A stretch of DNA of 56,405 nt from the NCBI GenBank assembly GCA_021826685.1, contig JAKAYT010000006.1, forward strand, positions 1 to 56,405, given 5' to 3'. The notes beneath the pieces are model-generated. The model did no database searches, had not been told where the DNA came from, and saw nothing but the letters and a program-made list of their open reading frames with translations. The stretch's first letter is position 1. The number at the start of each line of letters is the position of its first letter. The DNA is from Thermoplasmata archaeon (GTDB lineage Archaea; Thermoplasmatota; Thermoplasmata; Lutacidiplasmatales; UBA184). Positions 18,799 through 26,866 of this stretch are shown here, in pieces. The position numbers and the translations under genes are program-made.

Positions 18799-19587
18799 AT
18801 GGAGACCGGACTCCGCGGCGCCCGGGTGCTCGTCACCGCGTCGAGCCAAGGGATCGGCTTCGGCATCGCCGGGGGGTTCGTGGACGAGGGCGCTCGAGTG
18901 GTGATGAACTCGTCGGACGCGACCCGGCTCGAGAACGCCGTGGAACGCCTTCGCTCGCGCGGCGAAGTGCACGGCATCGTCGCGGACCTCTCGCGCCGCG
19001 AGGACCTCGATCGGCTGGTCGATGAGACGATACGCCGCCTCGGGGGGCTCGACACGCTGGTCTACGTCACGGGATCTCCGAAGCCGGGAGTCTACTTGGA
19101 ACAGGGCTACGCGGAGTGGGAGTCCGCGGCTCGACTGCTGGTGGTCAGCCCCGCGTATCTCGCCCGGCGCGTGGCCGACGAGATGCTCCAGAACGGAACC
19201 CCGGGTCGGATGGTCTTCCTCACGTCCGTATCGGTTCGCGAACCGATCCCCACGATCGCCACTTCGAGCGTCTGCCGGATCGCGGTCGCCGGTCTCGTCC
19301 GGACCTTGGCGCGCGAGGTCGGTCCTCGCGGCATCCGGGTGAACGGGATCCTGCCCGGCTGGATAAACACGGGGCGAGTGGACGACATGCTCAAAGATGC
19401 CGTGCGTCGGCGAGGGATCACTCCCGATGAGGCGCGGGCCGAAATCACGCGGGCGATCCCGCTGGGGCGAATGGGTACCGTCGAAGAGATCGCCCGAGCG
19501 GCGATCTTCCTCGGGAGCGATCTGTCGAGCTACGTGAGCGGAACGATGCTCGCGGTCGACGGGGCTCTGCTGCACTCGGTGGGTTGA
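18799..19587 (+). CDS. SDR family oxidoreductase
   Basis: TASSQGIG, GIRVNGILPG and VDG motifs; catalytic YxxxK replaced by SSVCR (atypical subgroup). Confidence 0.92.
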   Translation: METGLRGARVLVTASSQGIGFGIAGGFVDEGARVVMNSSDATRLENAVERLRSRGEVHGIVADLSRREDLDRLVDETIRRLGGLDTLVYVTGSPKPGVYLEQGYAEWESAARLLVVSPAYLARRVADEMLQNGTPGRMVFLTSVSVREPIPTIATSSVCRIAVAGLVRTLAREVGPRGIRVNGILPGWINTGRVDDMLKDAVRRRGITPDEARAEITRAIPLGRMGTVEEIARAAIFLGSDLSSYVSGTMLAVDGALLHSVG

Positions 19588-19593
19588 CGCTCG

Positions 19594-19950
19594 CTACGGC
19601 CCGTCCGGAGCCAGGACCTCATCGCGGAAATCCTCCCGCTCCGGGGAGAACACGTCGAGCACCACGGTATCGTCGTGCGGCCCGGTCACGAGCTCGTGCG
19701 GCACTTCGCTGGGCACGAAGTAGGACGATCCCGCGCGTATCTCCCAGACCGCGTCGCCGACGCGGAATCGACCTCCCCCCGAGAGGACGGTGCCGGATTG
19801 CGCGTGAGGGTGATGGTGGCGCGGGAAGGTCGTGTTGGGTGCGATCCGGTAGAGGACCATCATGACCCCGCCGCCCGCCGTCAGTATGCGCCGACGCACG
19901 CCCGGCATCACCTCGTGCCACGCTTCCGGTCGATCATCCCACAGCGGCAT
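19594..19950 (-). CDS. cupin domain protein
   Basis: HHHPHAQ...VPSEVPH...LDVFSPERED cupin_2 pattern; start refined to ATG 19950. Confidence 0.88.
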   Translation of the reverse strand: MPLWDDRPEAWHEVMPGVRRRILTAGGGVMMVLYRIAPNTTFPRHHHPHAQSGTVLSGGGRFRVGDAVWEIRAGSSYFVPSEVPHELVTGPHDDTVVLDVFSPEREDFRDEVLAPDGP

Positions 19951-20041
19951 TTTCCTTGGCAACGCCCTCGCGCGCGCGAGTCTTTGCGCGGAGGACACCA
20001 TCCGTGCGGGTCCATAAGCGGATTTCGCTCTTCGCTTCATC

Positions 20042-20063
20042 TTTATAGGCGAAAGCAATTCGC
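20042..20063 (+). promoter_or_regulatory. TATA box plus adjacent GCGAA-N5-TTCGC palindrome upstream of APC permease
   Basis: TTTATA at 20042-20047 followed by an inverted repeat at 20049-20063. Confidence 0.55.
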
Positions 20064-20112
20064 GTGCTAAGGCGAAGCATCCCCTGGGAGGGGGACGCTA
20101 CCCGGGAAGGCC

Positions 20113-21780
20113 GTGGTCGACGCGAATCCCACACCGGCGATTGGAGCGGAAGGAGTCACGCGGAACGTCTACGTCCCCAAGGAAGTTTCTGAGCGCAAGG
20201 ACGTCTACGTACGCCAGTCCTCCGGTCTCGTCCGGTCGGTGGGACCCCGAACGGCGCTCTTCGCGAACCTCGTCGCGATGGGGATCGTCGTCAACTACTT
20301 CTGGATCGTCTTCGCCTCGGCAGGATATCCGAACGCGAACCTCGTCACGACCGTCGGCATCGGGGTTCTGATCAACGTCGGGATCGGCTACGTCTATTGG
20401 ATGCTGTCGAGCGCGATGCCGCGCTCGGGTGGCGACTACGTGTTCATGGGTCGCATCTTCCACCCGAGCATCGGACTCGCGGTGAACCTCGTCTTTACCG
20501 TCGTTTTCGTCAGTTGGGCCGGGTATTTCGCCTACTACTGCGCCGTCTATGGATTTCCGATCCTATTCGCGAGCTACGCGGTCGCGGGAGGACCGGCCTC
20601 GGCGACCGCGCTCTCCTGGGCCGCTACGTTGAGCACTTCGACCGGTGCCCAGATCGCGGTCGGCGGGGCGTTCCTCGCCGCGGTGGTGCTGATCAGTTTC
20701 CTGCCGACGAAGTGGATTTTCCGGACCACGGTCGGCATCTTCGTAGTGACCGCCGTGATCTATGTCGTGATGATGGGGGTCATGCTGACGCACACCTCCG
20801 CTCAGTTCGAGAGTGCCTGGAACGCGCACAACCCCGCCTCCCAGACGTACGCCAAAATCGTGGCCAGCGCGGCTTCTACCTCATCGATCACGTTCGCGGG
20901 GACGTTCCTCGGGGTCGTCTATACGATGCTGAGCTTCATCGGTTATGCCAACAGTTCCTATTTCGCGGGAGAGATACGGGGAAACCCTACGCGCACCCAG
21001 GGACTCGCGATTTTCGGGGCGCCGCTGATATTCGCGGCCCTGATCGCCGGCCTCTACGCCGAGACCTACAACCTGTTCGGCCGTACCTTCCTGATCGGAT
21101 TGAGCCAGGGATATCTCTCGGGCACCGTCTCGACCGCGGGGTTCCCGTCGCCGCTCTACCTCGCGGCCTATCTCGCGGGCAACCCGTATCTGGCCGCGTT
21201 CCTCGCCCTGGGGATCCTGCTGACCTTTTTCGGCTTCTCGCTGATCTACTTCATCCTGCCGACCCGAAACCTCTTCGCCTGGTCGTTCGACCGAATCCTC
21301 CCCTCGTTCTTCGCCCGCGTCAGCCGCCGAGGGGTTCCGTACGTCGCGGTCGCGACGCTCGCCGTCGCTTCCGCGATCGTACTCTACATTGGTGTGTACA
21401 CCACCTTCTTCTCCTATCTCTCGTATTCGAACTTCGGGTTTTGGTTCGCGGTGGGCATCGTCTGCCTCGGCGCGGCACTGTTCCCGTTCCTGCGCCCCCG
21501 GCTCTACGGCCAGGCGCCGGCGATCGTTCGGGCCCGCGTGGGGAAGGTTCCGATCCTGTCCATCGTGGGCTTCGCCTGCGCGGGGGCCGCTTGGTTCGTT
21601 AGCTACGCCGCGTCGACGGCGCAGTACGTGGAGCCCTCGGGCGCCTACAACTACGATTACCTGATCTTTCTGCCGGTCGTGTTCGTCATCGGCCTCGTGG
21701 TCTATTGGATCGCCTATGCCCTCCAGAAGCACCGGGGCGTACCGGTCGATCTGATCGCGAAGGAACTTCCGCCCGATTGA
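20113..21780 (+). CDS. APC superfamily amino acid permease
   Basis: YVRQSSGLVR, AMPRSGGDYV, AGEIR, RNLFAWSFDRILP motifs and C-terminal ELPP; ~12-14 TM helices. Confidence 0.92.
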   Translation: MVDANPTPAIGAEGVTRNVYVPKEVSERKDVYVRQSSGLVRSVGPRTALFANLVAMGIVVNYFWIVFASAGYPNANLVTTVGIGVLINVGIGYVYWMLSSAMPRSGGDYVFMGRIFHPSIGLAVNLVFTVVFVSWAGYFAYYCAVYGFPILFASYAVAGGPASATALSWAATLSTSTGAQIAVGGAFLAAVVLISFLPTKWIFRTTVGIFVVTAVIYVVMMGVMLTHTSAQFESAWNAHNPASQTYAKIVASAASTSSITFAGTFLGVVYTMLSFIGYANSSYFAGEIRGNPTRTQGLAIFGAPLIFAALIAGLYAETYNLFGRTFLIGLSQGYLSGTVSTAGFPSPLYLAAYLAGNPYLAAFLALGILLTFFGFSLIYFILPTRNLFAWSFDRILPSFFARVSRRGVPYVAVATLAVASAIVLYIGVYTTFFSYLSYSNFGFWFAVGIVCLGAALFPFLRPRLYGQAPAIVRARVGKVPILSIVGFACAGAAWFVSYAASTAQYVEPSGAYNYDYLIFLPVVFVIGLVVYWIAYALQKHRGVPVDLIAKELPPD

Positions 21781-21822
21781 GCGCGTGAACGCGCTTTTGA
21801 GGGCGAAACGCTGACCTCCGGC

Positions 21823-22854
21823 GTGAGCGAGCGCGTCGATCTCGTCATCGACCCGAAGCGCGGCCGACACATCTCGGTCGAGCTTCCGCTCGAGCAGAAG
21901 GTACCCCGCGAAGAAGCGCGTCGGCGGGTCGGCGTCCCCGACTTCGTCGATCTGTCGGACCCTCAAGTGGGAAAGGCGGTTTCCCTATTGGAGGCGATCC
22001 AACGGGAGCGGCCCGCCCTTCGCGTGGCCCTCTTCGGGGGGACGGCGTGCCGCCTGCGCTGTCCGTCCAGTAACGATCCCGCGAGCGGCCTTCGCCGTTC
22101 GCTCCACGATATCGATCTCGCGGTGCCGTTCGACGAGATGCCGCGGCTCCGGCTCTTCTTGGAGGGCCTCGCGGCTCGCGAAGGAAGCGCCCTTCAATTC
22201 TTCGAGACCCCCGCCGACCACGTGTTCAACTCCTACGGGGAAGGGCTGCGCCTGCGCTATCACTCGTTGCTCCAGGTGGAGGGGAACCAGATCGAGCTCG
22301 GGACCCTCGACCTGATCGCGGACGAGTTCCGATTCTGCCACCACATCGACCTGCGCCGCGATCTCAACCGTGCGTTCCAATCCGGATGGACGGTGTCGCC
22401 GGCGATCCTTCTCCTCACCAAGCTCCAGTTCATCCAGCGGATCCCTCTCACCGATTCCGCATTGGTGCCGGAGCGCGTGCTCGAGCCGATCGGTCGGTCC
22501 AGCGTGGCGATCGGACCGGAGGCCAAGGACGTGCAGGACATCCTCGCGCTCCTCCGCGACCACCCGCTGGACGGCGCTCCCGAGTCGATCGACCCGGACC
22601 GGCTTGTCGAGCTCACCGGCAAGGATTGGGGACTGTGGAAGACCGCCTCTCTCACACTGGCGATGACCGGCCGCTCCCCGGTCCTCGCGGGGATGCCGGT
22701 CGACGCCCGTCTCGATTGCGTCGAGAAGATCCGGAAGGTCCAGGAGGCTCTCGCTCGGCACGAACCGCCGCACCGACGTCGCCTCTTCGGCGGGCCATGG
22801 TGGACGGAGGTCGACTCGCCGCAGTCGATCGACCGGGCCGGTCAGATCTCCTGA
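21823..22854 (+). CDS. uncharacterised nucleotidyltransferase-fold protein
   Basis: hhGG (LFGG) followed by DIDL, a third acidic strand (LDLIAD), LLLTKLQ and KDVQD; pol-beta NTase signature. Confidence 0.72.
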   Translation: MSERVDLVIDPKRGRHISVELPLEQKVPREEARRRVGVPDFVDLSDPQVGKAVSLLEAIQRERPALRVALFGGTACRLRCPSSNDPASGLRRSLHDIDLAVPFDEMPRLRLFLEGLAAREGSALQFFETPADHVFNSYGEGLRLRYHSLLQVEGNQIELGTLDLIADEFRFCHHIDLRRDLNRAFQSGWTVSPAILLLTKLQFIQRIPLTDSALVPERVLEPIGRSSVAIGPEAKDVQDILALLRDHPLDGAPESIDPDRLVELTGKDWGLWKTASLTLAMTGRSPVLAGMPVDARLDCVEKIRKVQEALARHEPPHRRRLFGGPWWTEVDSPQSIDRAGQIS

Positions 22855-22856
22855 GC

Positions 22857-23804
22857 CTATCCCGAGGTGAGCACGGCCGAGCGGACCTTGTCCGGGTCGA
22901 GGTCGACGAGGGCGCCGAGCAGCGCGCCTTCGTTGTACGCGCTACCGCAATTGACCGAGAGCGTCCGTCCGAACGTCGTGGTCCCGCGGGACTCGTGGAT
23001 GTGCCCGTGCAGGGCCAGGAGCGGGTGGTAGCGCTCCAGCGCCGCACGGACCGCGGTGCTCCCCACGTGGACCATCTCGGTCTCTCCGCCCGGGGACATC
23101 GCTTTGGTCAGGTCGGGCAGCAGTTTCGGCGCCAAGTCGAGCGGGGTCCCGAACGGCGGGACGTGGATGTTGAAGACCGCGCGGGCCGGTTCGCGCAGGC
23201 GGCCCGCGAGATCGTCGATGCGGCGCGCGATCTGTTCTTCGGACAACTCTCGGTGGGTCTTCCACGGCGTGGGGTTGCTGTAGGGGATCGTCAGCATCTC
23301 GTGGTGGCCATCGATCGCGAGGATCTCCTGGTCCGTGAGCTCCGCGCGATCGTCGTTCGCGATCACGGACTCCATCGAGGTTAGATCGTCGTTGCCGAGG
23401 CCGATGAGCAGGCGGGTCGGCAGGTCGGCGAGGCGTTCCCGGGCCCACGCGAGCCACCGCCGAAGGTCGTCCAGCGCGAGTGCCTCGAAGGCGCGATCCG
23501 CCCGGTCCCGGTCCGCGAGGAGGTCCTCCCACTCGGCCCGGGTCGTCCGCAGCGGCAGGGTCGCCGAATCGCGCAGGGAGGCTTCGAGGCGGGCGAGCTC
23601 TTCGGGGTTCCGCGCGGTGCGCGTCTCCCCGTCCCCCGTCACCGTCCACTCGGTCCCTTCGGAGAACACGGGGGTCATCGTCTTCGCGGCGACGTCCCCG
23701 CCGACGAGCAGGATGTCGGCGCGGTAGACGCGCGCCGCATTGACGAACTTCCGGAAGCACACGGCCGATCCGTGAAGGTCCGCGACGAAGAAGATCCGCG
23801 TCAT
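22857..23804 (-). CDS. Icc-related calcineurin-like metallophosphoesterase
   Basis: DLHG, GGD, GNDD, HVPP and GHIHE motifs. Confidence 0.9.
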   Translation of the reverse strand: MTRIFFVADLHGSAVCFRKFVNAARVYRADILLVGGDVAAKTMTPVFSEGTEWTVTGDGETRTARNPEELARLEASLRDSATLPLRTTRAEWEDLLADRDRADRAFEALALDDLRRWLAWARERLADLPTRLLIGLGNDDLTSMESVIANDDRAELTDQEILAIDGHHEMLTIPYSNPTPWKTHRELSEEQIARRIDDLAGRLREPARAVFNIHVPPFGTPLDLAPKLLPDLTKAMSPGGETEMVHVGSTAVRAALERYHPLLALHGHIHESRGTTTFGRTLSVNCGSAYNEGALLGALVDLDPDKVRSAVLTSG

Positions 23805-23818
23805 CGGCGGCGCTCCCT

Positions 23819-24388
23819 CTACGAGGTGGTCGTGCGACGGGCGAGGTACTCCCCGACCTTGCGGACCGCGCGCGAGCGGTGCGAGAGCCGGTTCTTCGCT
23901 GCCGGGGGGACCTGGGCGAACGTCTTCGTCCAGCCGTGCGGGACGAAGATGGGGTCGTACCCGAACCCGGCCGTGCCCCGGGCCCGAGGGGCAATGGTTC
24001 CCCGGACCGTGCCGGTGAAGATCCTCGTGCGAGATCCGACGCGGAGTCCGGCCGCCGCGCGGAACTCGGCGTCCCGCGCGCGACGACGTAGGAGCTCGAG
24101 CATCGGACCGAATCCCCAGGCCGACAGGAAGTGGGCGCTGTACACGCCCGGGAATCCGGCGAGGGAGTCGATGAAGAGCCCCGAATCCTCGACCAGGACG
24201 TTCCCGGGAATGTCCTTTACCGCGGCGAGCTTCGAGCGCACCACGGTCGAGAGATCGTCCGCTTGAGGCTCAGGGAGGCGCCGGCGCCGCCAGTGGACCC
24301 GGATGCCGTAGGGCGCCAGGATCTCCCGGACTTCGCGTGCCTTGCCCGGGTTCGTGCTGACGAACGTGAGCCGGATCACGCCGCTCAC
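23819..24388 (-). CDS. rdgB: non-canonical purine NTP pyrophosphatase (RdgB/HAM1)
   Basis: STNPGK, EDSGL, FPGVYS, GFGYDPIF and SHR motifs. Confidence 0.95.
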   Translation of the reverse strand: MSGVIRLTFVSTNPGKAREVREILAPYGIRVHWRRRRLPEPQADDLSTVVRSKLAAVKDIPGNVLVEDSGLFIDSLAGFPGVYSAHFLSAWGFGPMLELLRRRARDAEFRAAAGLRVGSRTRIFTGTVRGTIAPRARGTAGFGYDPIFVPHGWTKTFAQVPPAAKNRLSHRSRAVRKVGEYLARRTTTS

Positions 24389-24924
24389 CAGGGATAGGAA
24401 TCGTAGGCGATGATCTCGTCCGGGCTCTTCCGGCCCCCGTCCGCCTCGCCCGAACTATGCCCGTTCGGCTCGGCAGGGTATCCCATCGGGAGTACCGCGA
24501 TCGGATGGACGCCCTCGGGGACCCCCAGCACGGATCGGACCTTCTCCTCGTTGAAATCCACCATCCAGTTCGTTCCGAGGCCCTCGGCTTCCGCCGCGAG
24601 TTGGAGGGAATGGATCGCGACGGCGACATCGAGCGGGTAGGCCGAAATGTAGCCTCCGATGGTGATGGGGATGTCTTCCTCGACGGCGAAGGCGACGATG
24701 ATCACCGGAGCATCTCCGACGATCTTGCGCCGCGAAATCGCCTGCGTCAGAAGGCGCTTTCGTTCGTCGTCGCGCACCACGACGAACCTCCACGGTTGGA
24801 GGTTCCGTTGCGAGGGGCTCAGTCGAGCCGCTGCCAAGACGTTCTTGAGGGTCTCGGGGGGGAGCGGGCGGGGCTGGAACTGATAGGTGCTCCTCAGGGA
24901 GCGAATCGCCTCTTCGACGTCCAT
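24385..24924 (-). CDS. nitroreductase family protein
   Basis: SPSQRNLQPWRFVVV, AEGLGTNW and LPMGYP motifs. Confidence 0.92.
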   Translation of the reverse strand: MDVEEAIRSLRSTYQFQPRPLPPETLKNVLAAARLSPSQRNLQPWRFVVVRDDERKRLLTQAISRRKIVGDAPVIIVAFAVEEDIPITIGGYISAYPLDVAVAIHSLQLAAEAEGLGTNWMVDFNEEKVRSVLGVPEGVHPIAVLPMGYPAEPNGHSSGEADGGRKSPDEIIAYDSYPW

Positions 24925-25083
24925 GAAGTCCTTTGGAGAAGGGGGTTGAGCGAACGCTGTACGGGGGTTACCCCTCGGTGGAAGTCGGAGACATTCGACC
25001 GGTTGGAGGCCCGACCCACCTTATAGGCTTTCGCCGTCCCCGGTCGCCGCGTTGAAATCCTCGGGCGCCCGGTGCGGGGACGA

Positions 25084-26631
25084 TCACGGCCCCCCCACGC
25101 TTCCCGCGGGGACTCGCCGGCCGACGGGCGCGGAGCCGCGGCGCGGGTAACGAAGCACGCGAAGGGAGACGAGCGCGATCCAGAGGAAGGGGGCGACGAC
25201 GATGAGGCGCTCGAGCCCACCGAACCCGAATCCACTCCCGTAGTTGACCCACTGGGCCACACCTACGATCTCGGGCCGCGCGATCAGGACCACCCAGGCG
25301 AGCGCGAAGAACCCTGAGACGAACGTGTAGATCGTCCAACCCTTCCCCCACGGCGATCGGTCCGCCGCGAGCGCCGCTCCGAATCCAATCACGGCCAGGG
25401 CCGCGAGCAGGAACGCGATCGCGGCGAAGGCGATGTGGAGTTCCAGCAGCGTGTCTTCCGGCGCGACCCCGACCCCGGCTGCCCCCATTCCGCCGATGGC
25501 GAGAAGAACGAATGCCCCGGTGGCCCATCCGTTCGGAGGGAATGCTCGGCGGACGAAGAAGGAGCCCGCGATGAGCGCGACTCCGAAGAGGACGATCGCA
25601 TAATTGAACGCGGGCCACCACGGGGAAACCGGCCAGGGAAAGTGAACGGAGAGGTAACTGTCGTAGGGCGGGTTACCGGTGGCGTATCCGGCGCTGCCGA
25701 GGGCGCTGATCGGGTTCGTTAGGAGATTGTAGCAGCCTCCGAAGTTCGAGCACGGATAGGCGAGCTGGGCCGCGATCATTACCCCGACGAAGGAAACGAG
25801 CCCGAGCAGCCACGTGAGGGCGCCGTAGATCTCCCACGAGCTCGACGAGAGCGGGTGACGGACCTCCGATGGGGTCGGGCCGTGTTCTCGAGGACGGCGC
25901 AGTACCCGGATCGCGACGGCGGCCACCCACACGAGCGGGGCGACGACGATCATCCGCTCCACGCCGCCGTAGCCGAAGCCGCTGCCGAAGACCGGCCACG
26001 CGGCGAGGACCCCGAACGAGGGAAGGACGAGCGCGATCATCCAGGCGAGCGAAAACAGGCCCGACGCGATGGTATAGGTCGACCAGGCCCGACTCCAGGA
26101 CCGATGACCCACCCACGAGATTCCGATGAGAAGCGTAGCGAGGCCGGCCCCTAGGAAGGTGATCAAGGCGAAGGCAGAGTGTACCGCGAGGAGGGTGTCC
26201 TCCGGCACTACTCCCACCCCGGCCGCGCTGAGCCCCGAGAGGGCGAGGAGCCCAAGCCCCACCTCGGCTAGCCTCGAGCGAGGGAAGGCCCGGAACATGA
26301 GCAGTGTGCCGGCGAAGAGGAATGTTCCGAGGGCGAAGATCGAGTAGTTGAAGACCGGCCACAGGTAGGAGAAGGGCCAAGGATACGCCACCCCTTGGTA
26401 GGAGAAGGTCGGGGGGTTACCCAGAAAACCACCGCTCCCCAGATTGCTGATCGGATCGGTGAATAGATTGTAACAACCCCCGTGGTTGGCGCATCCGTAC
26501 GCCGCTTGGACCACGAAGAGCGCGACCGCGAATTGAACGATCCCGATGAGCCAGAGCCATGCTCCGTAGGTCGCCCACACGCTCTCGGCCGGCGCACCCG
26601 GGGCGGCGGTGGAAGCCGCAGGACCGCTCAT
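25084..26631 (-). CDS. membrane protein with two tandem DUF998-like domains
   Basis: Two homologous halves (CYNL..PIS.LGS...GVGV.PEDTLL..H...G.G.GG.ER). Confidence 0.82.
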   Translation of the reverse strand: MSGPAASTAAPGAPAESVWATYGAWLWLIGIVQFAVALFVVQAAYGCANHGGCYNLFTDPISNLGSGGFLGNPPTFSYQGVAYPWPFSYLWPVFNYSIFALGTFLFAGTLLMFRAFPRSRLAEVGLGLLALSGLSAAGVGVVPEDTLLAVHSAFALITFLGAGLATLLIGISWVGHRSWSRAWSTYTIASGLFSLAWMIALVLPSFGVLAAWPVFGSGFGYGGVERMIVVAPLVWVAAVAIRVLRRPREHGPTPSEVRHPLSSSSWEIYGALTWLLGLVSFVGVMIAAQLAYPCSNFGGCYNLLTNPISALGSAGYATGNPPYDSYLSVHFPWPVSPWWPAFNYAIVLFGVALIAGSFFVRRAFPPNGWATGAFVLLAIGGMGAAGVGVAPEDTLLELHIAFAAIAFLLAALAVIGFGAALAADRSPWGKGWTIYTFVSGFFALAWVVLIARPEIVGVAQWVNYGSGFGFGGLERLIVVAPFLWIALVSLRVLRYPRRGSAPVGRRVPAGSVGGP

Positions 26632-26757
26632 TCAACCCGGGCGCCTTACTGCCGCGCAGCACAAGAAGCCGAGGGGCTCGAGGGACGCGCGCCCGATCGG
26701 GTTTTCCGCGGCTCTACCGCCGGTACCACCGAGCTCCCTTCCGCTCGGACCATACGG

Positions 26758-26764
26758 TTAAATA
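26758..26764 (+). promoter_or_regulatory. TATA box of smc-scpA-scpB operon
   Basis: TTAAATA ~100 nt upstream of the smc ATG. Confidence 0.65.
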
Positions 26765-26866
26765 TGGCGGACAGGGCTGATGAACTCCCGCCGACAATTG
26801 TCTGACAAACAGGCAACCGGGTTCGGCGGACGCGAGAACCGTGCGCTCACACAGGGAGAACGAAGG

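Noticed and set aside
26776-26790. Fluoride riboswitch (GCTGATGA.CTCC)
   Set aside because: The 5' GGNGAUGG...CC half is absent and the downstream gene is smc.
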